From Octopus sinensis (Eukaryota): 64,000 nucleotides of DNA. The stretch is from contig NW_021833060.1 in the NCBI RefSeq assembly GCF_006345805.1, positions 21,200-85,199 of the forward strand. The letters run 5' to 3'. Shown piece after piece: positions 38,811 to 51,385 of the stretch. The position numbers and the translations under genes were made by a program. The notes beneath the pieces were generated by a model. That model had not been told where the DNA came from. It worked only from the letters and a program-made list of their open reading frames with translations, and ran no database searches. How positions within the stretch are numbered: position 1 is the first letter of the stretch; each line of letters begins with the position of its first letter.

Positions 38811-39178
38811 AGATCACTATGTTGTGCACATATGGTTGTGATGCATGTACCTGGTGTACCATTATCAGACAGGTAGTCATGATGAGTATACTGGGCTTCG
38901 TATAATTTACCCCCATGTCACTTTAATGGCATGCACTGCTCTCTCACTCAATAATAATATAATAATAATAATAATAATAATAAAATGATGATATCATCAG
39001 TAACTGATATCATCAATATTTTAAAGTACATTTTTCTATGGTGGCATGGATACCAATTTTTTAATGTCTGTGTATTTTTATGCACAAACGTATTTTTTTA
39101 ATCTACAGACATAGAAACAAACATATATTAAATGTAGTTCATATTGGCAAAAATTGCAAAATAATCAATACATGCCTT

Positions 39179-39403
39179 TTAACCATTTTGATAGCAACCT
39201 GTCTAAGACTATCTCTGGTTCTACACACTCCCTATTTTAAAGTGATCTAAATTAATACCTCCCATCAAAATTTATGTTAATTTATTTTCTAAACACCAGC
39301 TCAATAACAACATAGTTATTTTACTGAATTCTTCATTACTTTCAAAATTAACTGAAAACAAATGCAGCGTATTTCAACAGAAATATGGTAACAAAAAGAT
39401 TAA
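39179..39403. mobile_element. TTAA-type MITE
   Basis: TTAAccattttgatagc ... gtaacaaaaagaTTAA; related to 43470-43697 and 13547-13760. Confidence 0.65.
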
Positions 39404-42400
39404 AGCAACTTGTCTTTACAGACATTTCATCATTGCACACAGTGATAATTTAGAGAGACAGGTCTTTCATTTAAAACACAGTAATCATGCAAAAATAAGA
39501 AGTACACATGCATGAATACACACACACACACACAAAATACAATGTAAGATTGTTGAAGCAATAAACAAATTTAGGCTTGCCAACATTAAACAAAAAGCCA
39601 TGGAAAGCAAACTTTGCCTGTATAATGACATCCAGCATGCATATTGGGGTAACTAAAACAAAGACCTTCATGTAATGTTTGTTGCCTACAAAAAAAATCT
39701 CTAATTTTCTGCTACTATCTAGTGATCACTTTTGTTCCAGATAATTTCTGAATAAACCATGAAATGTAAGATATTCATCATATTTATGTAGAAAGAAAAA
39801 AGGCAAATTTTGGCTCAGTTACGAATAATATTTTAATTACTTCAGCAAGCAAGTATGGGAGCTAACTCCACACATATTTCAGTCTTATTAGACCTCCTCA
39901 ATAAAGCATGAACTTCACTGTTCTTATTTAAATAGTGATAAAAGAAACACTCAGCAGGTATATAGTATATATATGAGTAAGCATAAAAAAATTAGGTCGT
40001 CATTATCATCATTGGTTAACACCTACTTTTCCTTGTTTGCATGAGTTAGATGGAATTCACTGAGGAAGATTTTTTATAGCTGGATACCCTTCCTGCCATC
40101 AATCCTCACCAGTTTCCAAGCAAAGTATTATTTTCCTCATGACCAGACATGTTTTCATGGAAGATTGGAAACAAAGGAAATGGCTTGTATTCACAACTAT
40201 CAAATGATATCAAAGAAAGGAAACACACACACACACACACAGCAAGCTACTTTCAGTTTCCATCTATCAAATCCACTTACAAGATGGTTGGCTGAGGTCT
40301 ATAGTAAAAGATCCTTGTCCAAGATTCCATACAATGGGACTGAACCCAAAACTAGATTATAGACAAGTAATCTTCTTAACCACACAGCCATGAATTGTAC
40401 CATTAAAAAAAATCACTCATCTTAATTACACAGTGACTTAATCTGCATGAAAAATAATAATTAAGTTAGTGTAAGCATATTTAATATAGGGAACCTCAAA
40501 AACTGACTCCCATATTTACTAAAATGATTAAAACTCATCACATAATTATAACTAATTAGATTCTTGACACTCATTGTATTAAATATATTAACACAAATTT
40601 AACTATCATTCTTACTGTGCATTGGAATTTCTGAATAATTAATCTTAGTTATATATTTTGTCTCGATATTTCATACAGTTTACTTTTCTTCAGAAAGCCT
40701 TTATCACAGAAGTAACTGTTCTCTAAATATCTTCAACTAGCCAAAAAAACTGTACACAATCAAAAATACAGCGCTACTTTAGTTAACTACGTAATCAAAA
40801 CCTACCTGTTACTACTACTGACTAATCATCAAAACCAAGCCACAGTTGCTCATGATGTTAGCTACAATACATGCAGCTGCACCTGTTGCTCTTTTCTGCT
40901 TCCATTAGTTTTACTGGTTGCACAATGCATGCATGCAACAAGGTGATTTCATTGGTGCTATGAAGCCTTACAAGCCTCTGCTACTAGCTATTTCTTCAAT
41001 CCTGGATAAGTTCACCCTAAGACTTTTTTTTAACAAGTTCACACAACAAAGATATGATCTTCTACAATTCTTCATTTAAGACAGATCAATGGCATCTGAA
41101 GTCATCATCTACACACTTTCCTCTACTTTCATGGGTTCCAGTTCAAAGGCTTTGGCCATGCTGGAGCACCCAGAAATGTCCAAATAAATGTTCTTGTATA
41201 TAAATATCTCATATCAATTATTCAAATAAAAGAAAAATCATAATGAAACTAATACAATACAAATTATAATATTAAAAAAAAACTATAATACAATAAAAGT
41301 ACTATTTACTCAACGACTGAATAATCTTTGATAAAACAGGCCAGATTAAAGGCCAGTGATAAAGAAAAAGGTTACCTGGTTTAGACTTACAGTTTTATAG
41401 ACCAGTACAATATGCCATGCAGTAAAAACTGAGTCACTAACATTGTTTAATTACTAGCTATGAATTAACAACTTTATTATTTAGTGAGGTTATTCACTTA
41501 TTCAAATATATCAGTGATTCTTTTGTTTTTTGTTCTTTGTTTTTTTTTTTTGCTTCTTACAAGCAAGTTATTCAACTGTGAGTAATGTTTTGTCACAACA
41601 AAATGAATTGCTCAAACAATACAGATAGTAAAGATATATTAATAAACATTGTTTTCACAATAGGCTTTGGGACTTTGAAAAAAGTTTTCAAATAATTCTT
41701 GCAGCAGGAAACAATATTATAATTGTTTTTCTAATATCAAAAAAAAAAAAAAGAAAGAAAACAGGTTACTAAAATACTGATAAAAGATATATGTGATAAA
41801 GACGTTAGATCAATATAACTAAACAAATGGCTAAATGAATCATTTGAATTCATTCTATTTTTTATGAAAAAAACAAAAGACCACCAGCCAAAGGTACTGC
41901 TATCAATATCAAGTAACAGCATTGTTTATACCTGAGGAATTGGTAGTTTATAACACATTGCCTTCAATGAACTAAGTATTCACCAGGAACTTCACATTCA
42001 GTGTTTTATTCACAAAGAGATATCATGAAGAGGTACCAAAGGGAACTTTTTTTCCTTAGACAATAGGAACACTATATAATTGATAAGTTATTTTGTTGAT
42101 TTCTTGCAATGACAATTTAACTTTTTACAAGGATATGTTTAGTTAAGTCAATAGCTTGTTTCACATCCAAAAAAAGAAGATGTTCCTTACCATGTTGTAT
42201 AAGCTGGAATAAACTCCATTGTTCATTATCTCTAACACAGGTTGTTTCTCAATGCTGTGTACACAGTGCATACAAACATGTGCAGTGAAGGAGCCTTTTC
42301 TGTTTGATCTACTCAATTACACTCTCAATCTAGGCTTACTTCATGGGACCTTAGATTCTCCTCCTAAATTGTGTAATAATTTAACCCCAAGAGTTTATCA

Positions 42401-43469
42401 ACCCTTTTAATACACACATATCTGAGAGTGCCTCATGTTCATGTTTAAATTAAAACTTTGTGTCATAATTTTACATAAAACACTTTCATTAGATTTTATT
42501 CTAAACACCAGCTTAATAATAAAATATAAAGTTAGTTATTTTACTAAGTCCTTCCAGATTTTTGGATATTCTCAAACCAGAGTGAAATATAAGAAGTATG
42601 AACTTAAATTTGAATGTTAGATTTTATGAGACATTTATTCAAAATACCCAGTATGTACTCAGAACAAATACTTTTAGTAAAGGAACTGTTTATATCTTTT
42701 AAATAATTAAACAGGAAAAAGTGAAGATTTCATTTTATTTCCTCTCAAAGAAACAAAACAAGTTTTATATGATATTCTTGAGCAGCTGAAACAAATGTAA
42801 GATAACACTATGTAAGTATTACTGAAAATAACACAGATTAACTAAAGCAGAATTTCCCTATTTCATACTTTCAATATTCCATTTTATAGAAACTTCTAGT
42901 AAGTATGACAATATCATCATCATCATCGTTAAATGTTTGTTTTCCATACAGGCATGGGTTGGATAGTTTGAAAGGAATTGTCAAACCAGAGGACTGTGCC
43001 AAACTCTAATGTCTGCTTTAGCATGGTTTCTATGGCTGGATACTCTTACTAATGCCAACAGCTTTACAAAATATTCTGAAAGATTTTTCATGGCACCAGC
43101 ACTAGTGAGGTCACCAAGTAACTTCACAAGGCAAGACCTCTCAACTCAGTACTGGTGAAGTATAGTACTGAGGATGGTGGCTTTATGCTTGGTTATGAGA
43201 GATTAAAATATGAGAAAGAGACAGGAACAGGTGTCTTACTGTTGAGGAGGTACATGGTTATCTCAGATGGAAAAAGAAAGATGGTAGCTATGTATTTAAC
43301 GAAATAAAAGAACTAATCACAAAGACTTAGTGGCAAAATTATATTTTTTTGAATTAATAAATATTGCTCATGTAAGTACTTTATATACATGTTTAAGCTT
43401 CTCCTTTCCAAGAGAAAGAGAAGGTAAAGGAAATATAAAAAAATCAAACCATCTAAAAGTGTTGCTTTA

Positions 43470-43697
43470 TTAATCATTTAAGTATCAACCTGTTTAAGAT
43501 TGCTCCTGGTTCTACAATATAAACATCCTGTTTTAAATTGAACTAAATTAAAACTTCCTTGTAAAATTTCATGTCTATTCATGTTTCAAACACCAGCTGA
43601 ACAATGATAAAGTCATTTTAGTAATTTCTGCATTATTTTCAAAATTAATTGAAAAGGCCATGTATTTCAATAAAAATCTAGCAACAAAGAGGGTTAA
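43470..43697. mobile_element. TTAA-type MITE
   Basis: TTAAtcattt ... gcaacaaagagggTTAA; internal similarity to 39179-39403. Confidence 0.6.
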
Positions 43698-43867
43698 ATT
43701 ACATTCCTAAATCTTTACTTCATGTCATCTTACTACCTTGAAAACTTGGTTATTTTATAATTCAAAATCAATAGCCAATATCTACTGTAGCGTTATAGTC
43801 ATATCTTCATATTATTTGCTTTATTTTTTACATTAAAAAAATGAGTTTTCATCAACCTAACCACTAA

Positions 43868-44098
43868 CTAAAGAAAGAAATATGACTGGAACATTAAAAT
43901 AGTGAAGGTAATTACAGCAGCAACAGCATCTGTAAAACTAATAGATGAAAAGAAATGGTCTAGCTGAGAATATTCTATTCGTAGATGATCACCTGAAGGA
44001 GAAAATGTCACACCCACTGTAGATTTCTCAGTGTCTCTAAACAGGACATTTAATTCTATTCGTTTGTATTCAACAAGCTGATAGCCTGAGAATGTTAC
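43868..44098 (-). CDS. Possible terminal coding exon of an unidentified upstream gene, ending in a hydrophobic tail
   Basis: gttagtgcag| acceptor-like site, 76 codons plus TAG in non-repetitive DNA, C-terminus AVAAVITFTILMFQSYFFL, AATAAA about 40 nt downstream. No upstream exons found and no family recognised. An ORF this long can occur by chance. Confidence 0.3.
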   Translation of the reverse strand, partial: VTFSGYQLVEYKRIELNVLFRDTEKSTVGVTFSPSGDHLRIEYSQLDHFFSSISFTDAVAAVITFTILMFQSYFFL

Positions 44099-44204
44099 CT
44101 GCACTAACGAGGAGATTAGACAAGACATGGAGCCATTTTAAAAGTATTTTATCAGATTACTTTGCAACAACAATAATGTGATTGTATTTTCCTATGTTTC
44201 TGCT

Positions 44205-44580
44205 GTCTTATCTTTTATTTTTTACTTGTTTCAGTTATTGGACTGTGACCATGTTGTGGCACTGCCATTAAGAGTTCAGTTGAACAAATTAACTCCAGAA
44301 CTTATTCTAAGTCTGGCAATTATTTTATCATTCTCTTTTGCCAAACTACTAAATGAAAGAGACATAAACATACCAACATTGGTTATGAAGCAGTGGCAGA
44401 TAAATACAAAACACGTATACACAATAGGCTTCCACACAGTTTCCATTCACCAAATTCACTCACAAGGCATTGGTCAATCCAGGGCTATAGCAAAAGACAC
44501 TTGCCCAAGATGTCACACAGTGGGGCTGAACTCAAAACCATGTGATTACAAAACAAGCTTCTTAACCACACTTCCATGTC
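44205..44580 (-). mobile_element. SINE family A, near full length
   Basis: Runs from the head (agcttcttaaccacac reversed) to the (TCTTTTA)-type tail. Confidence 0.75.
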
Positions 44581-47036
44581 TTTATATTAAAAAAAAATCC
44601 CAGCAAAGTGGTTTGCACATTAGCAATGATTCATTTCCTAACAAGATTACTTAAAATGATACAACTGGAGGTATAAAACAAACAATAAAACCCTTGGAGC
44701 TTCCATCATTGCAAACAAGAAATATATTAGGTCAAGTTCAATATCTTCAAAATAACTGAATATCGGCTGTATGGGAAACAGACCAATGCTCATCCTCCAT
44801 TTGTAAACTACTATGACTCGTTGCTAAAGACAGCAAGAACAATATGTGATGAGAAATGTTTCAATAAATTCCAGTGCAGGAATTAATTAGCAACAAAAAA
44901 GGCATGAACATTTTGTAAAGAGTTGATTTAATGAGGCAATATGAGAACTAATTTAGAAATAGTGAAACAAAAGTCAGTAATAGCAAAAAGAACAGCACTA
45001 ACAATGCAGCACTAGAAACTCACTTTGTAACCATGTCATTTCAGATTTAGTTCTACTACATAGCACCTTAGGCAAGTGTCTTCTCTTACAACCCTAGGTT
45101 GGTTAATGCATTGTTAATGAATTTGGTACACAAAATCTGAGTCGAAGCCCATCATGCATGCATATGTATTTGTTCCCCCCACCACCACCACCACTTGACA
45201 ACCAATGTTAATTTGTTTATGTTCCTGTAACTTTGCAGCTCAGCAAAAATAAATACTGGGGTGATTTGTGTGACTACACCCTTCAAGGTGGCACTGTAGC
45301 ATGGCTGCAGTCCAATGACTAAAACAAGTAAAAGATAAAAGATATACCAGCACAATTTCTTCAATTATTTCTTCAATTTCTCTTTTCAAAACTAATTCTA
45401 CTTGTAGAAGGGACTACTGACTGCAAGTTAAATTACTACACAATTATCTATAATCTTCATGATGTCCATTGATCAAACACCACTCATAAGGTATTGGTCA
45501 CCATGAGGCTATTGTAAAAGGCACTTGCTAAAGAAAAGGACTTCTCAAACATAGAGTCATGCTTGTAGAGGAAGTATGGTGGAATAGAGAAGAATGAACT
45601 ACAAATAAAGTGGCAAGAGGTCTGTAATTCCAACACAAGGTCCAGTCCTTCTTGTAGTGTAGTGACTTATAAGCTTCAATAACCATAAGAGCTATTCCAG
45701 CAGTGTGCAGGCTCCTAGCAGGACCTTCCATGTTGGATAGGTCAGAGGACATAGGCCAGACTAATGGGCCTCCCAGGAGTAAAAATGAGTTTGCATAAGG
45801 CCATAACCCTGATCTAGAAAAAAATAAAATTATAGAAGCATGATGGCAATTCAAAATCAACAGAATCTGGGAGAGGAATTCCACTTCTACTCAGGGAGAT
45901 ATATGAGGCAGAGCTAAAAAAAAAGCAGTGATCCAACTGGAGAGAAGCAGAAAAACCACCCACAGTTGAGAAAAGTCACAAATGGCCTATGTTTCATAGG
46001 GAGTGAAGGGCTTATGTAGCCATTAAGTCTGCCATTAAGTACAAATGGAAAAAAAGAATTTAGTTAAATAGAGAACTATACATAAAAGAATAAGAAAGGA
46101 ATGAAAGAATAGCAAGAGGGGAATATGTAGTAACTTGTGTCTCTGTAAAAATGTGAAGCAACACAAGAATAAATTTTATTTGTGAGGAATGTGGAAAGAA
46201 AAAATGTGTAGAATTTCAAAAATGAAGTAAATGTCATCAAGTAACAAGAAGCTATAATACAAGTTTCATATATCAGATGAGTAAGGGAATTAACCACACA
46301 CCCTGTGTGTGTGTGTGTGAGTGAGAGAGAAAGAGAGAGAGAGAAATAGGGAACAGGTAGAGAGTAAAAAAAAACTGCTACTGTTGAAGGAGAGTCAGCA
46401 ATGACTACCTTTACACACACAGAATATTTAGGTAAAGGAAACAGCTAGGTAAGGCTATAATAGTGGAATGGGGAGGTAGTTGGTGTAAATTAACATCAAA
46501 ATAATAAGGTAAGTTAGGCCTCTGAAAGAAAATAAAATTGATGCAGTAAAAATAATTAAACTAAAGGAATTAAGGTCCTACAAATGATTAAGTGATGATG
46601 GTTAAAAATTAAAATTAAATAAAAGCTGCAATAAACTACTTGTGGATTTCTGAATATTTTTGTCATTTCTTGAACCCTTGGACTCATAAGGCTGGTTGCT
46701 GAATTTCTATGGTGAATAAATGACCGAGATTTCAAGACAACAACAAAACAGGATGTCAATCTGATGTAGTGTTTTGAAGGGAGAGGACAAGTTGATTACA
46801 TCAAACCCCAGTACTTGACTGGTGCTTTATTTCATAAACCCAAAAGAGATGAAAATCAAAGTTGACCTTGATGGGATTTGAACTCAGAACATGAAATGTT
46901 AAAAGAAATGCTGCTAAGTATTTTATCTGATGTGCTAACAATTCTGCCAGCTCACTACTTTGAAATGAATATAGACTTAAAATATAGAAAACTTGTATAA
47001 AAATAAATAAAGAGTGAATAAAAAATTTGATTAAAG

Positions 47037-47278
47037 CAGTGGTTCTCAACCATTTTTGGCCTATCATTTTAGTAGGTGGATGTGGAGGGAGACACTCATA
47101 GCCAATCAATATCTTAGAATTCCTATTATATTTTTATGATTAAATATTAGGAATTGTATTTAAAAAATGCTTCAATATGTTGTGTGTTATAGAAATATAA
47201 TCACTTTATTGTATATAAATTTTAACAAAATCTTATATGGACCTCCGATGGTTGTATGGACCCTGGTTGGGAAAACTG
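47037..47278. mobile_element. hAT/Charlie-type MITE with perfect 8-bp TSD
   Basis: CAGTGGTTCTCAACC ... GGTTGGGAAAACTG; GATTAAAG at both 47029-47036 and 47279-47286. Confidence 0.9.
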
Positions 47279-47329
47279 GATTAAAGACTTAAGTGTTAAA
47301 AGAATTGAGGTATAAAGAAAGAACATCAA

Positions 47330-47690
47330 GATATAAAGATATGCAAGCAATAAAGGATAAAAAATTAAGTCATAAAAATCCTGTGGAAGTGGTGAAGTAG
47401 GTAAGTAAAAGCTTCTCATGAAATTTGCTTTTGCTTTTTATTGGGGCAGGTGGTAAGAGCTGGATAGTTAAAACTTTTGGTTTTACAACCAGTTTTGGCT
47501 GAGGCTTCACAGTAGCATTTGGATGCATTATGGAAAATCTGCTCATTAGCTGAAAGTTGGGAAAATCTGAGATGTTTAGAAACAGATTGTGAATTATCTC
47601 TAGAGAGGTTTGAGAGTCTATAGACAGTAACTTTCATTAGACTGCTGAAGTCTGAAATGAAGGGGATCAAGATAGTATCAAGATAGTATA
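47330..47690 (-). mobile_element. Degenerate Penelope-like RT C-terminal fragment
   Basis: RFSQLSANEQIFHNASKCYCEASAKTG resembles the RIS.LSSNE.IF..A...Y..AL..SGY segment of PLE ORFs; recognised by eye only. Confidence 0.4.
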
Positions 47691-49530
47691 CTTTTGTGAG
47701 ATGAGCTTCAACAGCTATTTGAAAACAGAAATTCTTGAAGAAATCATGAAGGGTTTACAATCCAGATTCTACTTCTCATTCCAGTAGCAAAAAAAAATAA
47801 ATAAAAAGATACAAAAAGAAACATTATCTGGTACTCATTTCTACTCCATATCACAGTCACTACATCATTCGCACAAAACTTCTTAGAAATCATCTCTACT
47901 TAAGTAGAAAAATTAATGAAATGAGAAAAGGAACTACAACACTCTTTCACTTCTACTTAATTCATGCATATCAACAGACCTTTAACAAAAATTCCAGACT
48001 TTTATATTCTACTATCTCAAATTTCAAAAGTGATTTTGCATATTCTAACACCTCTAAACTTAACAAATACAACACAATCATTTTCTGAAAGCATACAAAT
48101 TCCTGTAACACCACTAATATCAAAACTGCCTTCAAGAATCTGACCTTTTGGCAAATGTAGTGTATTTCTGAATAGTTACAATTAAAAACTCTGAGGTTTA
48201 CATTAGTTTGACATCAAGCCTCTTTAAATCCAGATTATATGTTCATATGCATTCTTTTAGGAATCCAGATTTACACAAACAAACCTCTTAATTGGAATAT
48301 GGTTTTTAGAGTTAAAGAATACAGAGAGAACAATAATATTTGTGATCTTTGTAACATGAAAAGCTACTATATCCATTTCTTTTCTTTTTGTTTTTCTTTA
48401 AAACAAAAAGCCTATATCTCAACTAGTTTCCAGATAAAAAATTTTCTCAAGATAAGAATATTAAATAACATGGATGAGATTGAAGATAATCTATGGGCTG
48501 ATGACCAAGAGGCTGAAAAACAGGAAGATAAAACAGAAAAAAATACCAGCATTTATAAGATGAATATAAAAAGGTGGACCCTGCATATTACCTCTTCCCA
48601 AGATATTGTCAACCCAACAAGTTAAACTATTTTTGCTTGGGAACATAAGCACTTCTTTAAATTCACTACCTTCCATTCATTAGTACCATGCAGTAATATG
48701 GGTATCAGCTTTCATTAGTTTAGATTCCTACAAAATCATAAGTTACTCTCCAAGTTGAAAACGATAGAATGTGCAACTTGCTATTGATTCTCATTGCATT
48801 GATACTATAACACTGTTCTTTTAGTGCATCAACAAGGATACAAAACTTATGTAACTAGGCAATGCGGCACTGTGAATAAGTGACTTGAACTGTAGCCTCA
48901 AAGTGACTAATACTTTGTGAGTTAAACTGGTAGATAGAAACTATATGGAAATACATAATTACTGTGTGTTTGTGATCCCACCTCTGTCTTGACATTGTTT
49001 ACATTGTTAAAGCATAAAACACTGTTACTGTTTCGGGAGGGTCAGCTTTTATCCCTGCTGTAAAAACACATCCAGCTATTGAGCTGGAAAGACCAAGGGA
49101 TTAAGTATTATGTGAAAGACCAAGGGATTAAGTACTTTCCTTGGTGACAAGCGAAGGTTGGCAACAGGAACAGCTTCTGGTTGAAGAATACACTTCAACA
49201 GATTCTGATACAAGTCATACCTGCTTGGTAAAATAAAAAAAAAGGACATAAAAATGATGACGAACTTGTAAATAATTAAACAACCAAACATATAATTCTA
49301 CTGTCCTGGCATATATCCATTGTTTAGTGCAAGGCCTGTGTTTTTGTATCCATGAATATTAATGAAACTAAGATTTTGTTTTCATCAAAGTGTCGCTGTG
49401 TCTGACACTGGCAGCCTATCACTGTTAACTGGGCAATTATGGAGAGATAAAAAAAAAACATAAAAAGAGGGTAATAGTGCAAATATAAAGCCACAAAGGT
49501 ACAAAAAATCCAAATAATTATAATAATGAC

Positions 49531-50800
49531 TGTTTCAGATTTTGGCATAAGGCCAGCAATTTTGGTAGGAGAGTGGAGGTTAGTCAATTACATTTGGGCC
49601 AGTACTCAACTGGTACTTAATTGATGGACCCCGAAAGGATGAAAGGCAAAGTCAGCTATGGTGGAATTTGAACAAAGAACATGGTATTTTGCCTGGTGTA
49701 CTAACAATTCTGCCAGCTCTCCACCTTAATAACAACAACAACTACAATAATAATAAAGCACTTTCAATACAGTGAAAATAAGAGCACTGTAACAAACCAC
49801 AGTGCATACCCAAAGCACACAGTTGTGCTTGGTAGTGTAGTGAAAGCACATGAAAAAAAATAAGACTACTGAATAATAATAATGATAATAATAATAATAA
49901 TAATGGTTAAAATTTGGCACAAGGTCAGCAAATTTAGGGATAGAGTATAGTTGATTACATCAACCACAGTACTTGACTGGTACTTAATTTTATTAACCCC
50001 AGAGGGATAAAAGTTAACCTCAGCTGGATTTGAACACAGAATATAATGAGTCAGAAGAAATACCACTAGGCATTTTGTCCAACGGACTAATGATTCTGCC
50101 AGTTATTAGGGAGGGGGCAAGTCAATTATATAATTACATCAATTCCAGTGCTCATCTGGTACTTTGTCCAAAAAGGACAAAAGGCAAAGTTGGCCTTGGC
50201 AGAATTTGAACTCAAAAGATAAAGCCAGAAAAAATGCTTCTACACACTTTGTCTGCCATGCTAACAATTCTGCTAGCTTGCCACCTTCCAGTTATTAATA
50301 ATGGTTTCAAATTTTGGCATTAAGCCAGCAATTTCGGGAGAGGGGATAAGTCAATTACATTGACGTCAGGGTTCAACTGTTACTTATTTTATGGACCCCG
50401 AAAAGTCGACCTTGGCAGAATTTGAACTCAGAATGTAAAGATGGATGAAATGTCACTATGCACTTTGCCTGGCGTGCCAATGATTCTGCCAGTTCACTGC
50501 CTTCAAAACGTTGAAGGGTGACCATGGAATTCAAATGCACATCTTCAGTACACATGACAGGAGTACTGCAATTGGACCAAACCTGTTATTAATAATAATA
50601 ATGATAATAATAATAATTCTTTCTACTATACGCACAAGGCCGGAAATTTTGTGGAAGCACAAGGCCTCAAATTTGTGGGGAGGGGACTAGTTGATTATAT
50701 TGACACCAATGTTTCACCAGCACTTAATTTATTGACCCCGAAAGTCAACCTTGGCAGAATTTGAACTCGGCATACGAATGATTCTGCCAGCTCACCGCCT
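49531..50800 (-). mobile_element. Array of five same-orientation family-B SINEs separated by (TAA)/(CAA) tracts
   Basis: Copies at about 49531-49725, 49905-50104, 50105-50287, 50301-50500 and 50615-50800. Confidence 0.85.
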
Positions 50801-50825
50801 TACTACTATTACTACTACTACTACT

Positions 50826-50862
<37 letters not shown>

Positions 50863-51353
50863 GCTAAAAAGTGAATGTAAATTACATATTTAAAATGAAT
50901 ATAGCTACATAATTAATGGGACAGTTAGAACTATCTCAACAAGTAATTTTTTTGTCAGTTGAGACCTGTTTGATTTATTGTAATTCAAGTGAGTTTGCTG
51001 GGGCAGAATTTCTGAGGCAGGATGCCCTTCCTGTTGCCAATCTCCTCTTGTTTCCAAGTGGAATAATAATCTCCTAATCTATTAAGCAACAAATAGTCAG
51101 GACATGTTTTATATGGAAAACTCGAAACAAAGGACACCACCAGGAAATCGTTGTTTATAAACTAGCAAAAAGAAGGAAACACAATCTCATGCAAAAACAA
51201 ATATTCACACAGACATGGATATATATCCACGTTCAAGAAGTTGATTAAAAATAAATTTCCTACATAGAACCCATCCCTAGACAATATAGAAATAGAAACA
51301 GAAATGTAACATGGTTTATACATCCATGAAAAATTGATGTTGCTTTCTCTGTT

Positions 51354-51385
<32 letters not shown>

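Noticed and set aside
45528-45884. 118-aa minus-strand ORF
   Set aside because: The sequence resembles a retroelement UTR-type repeat; no domain, splice signals or neighbouring exons.
48495-48530. CTGATGA...GAAA hammerhead-like words
   Set aside because: Stem II is not flush with GAAA, and there is no stem I, stem III or UH site.
48239-48720. 128-aa plus-strand ORF with an acidic patch (MDEIEDNLWADDQEAE)
   Set aside because: No recognisable domain or splice pattern; at most a faint piggyBac-like relic that I cannot support.
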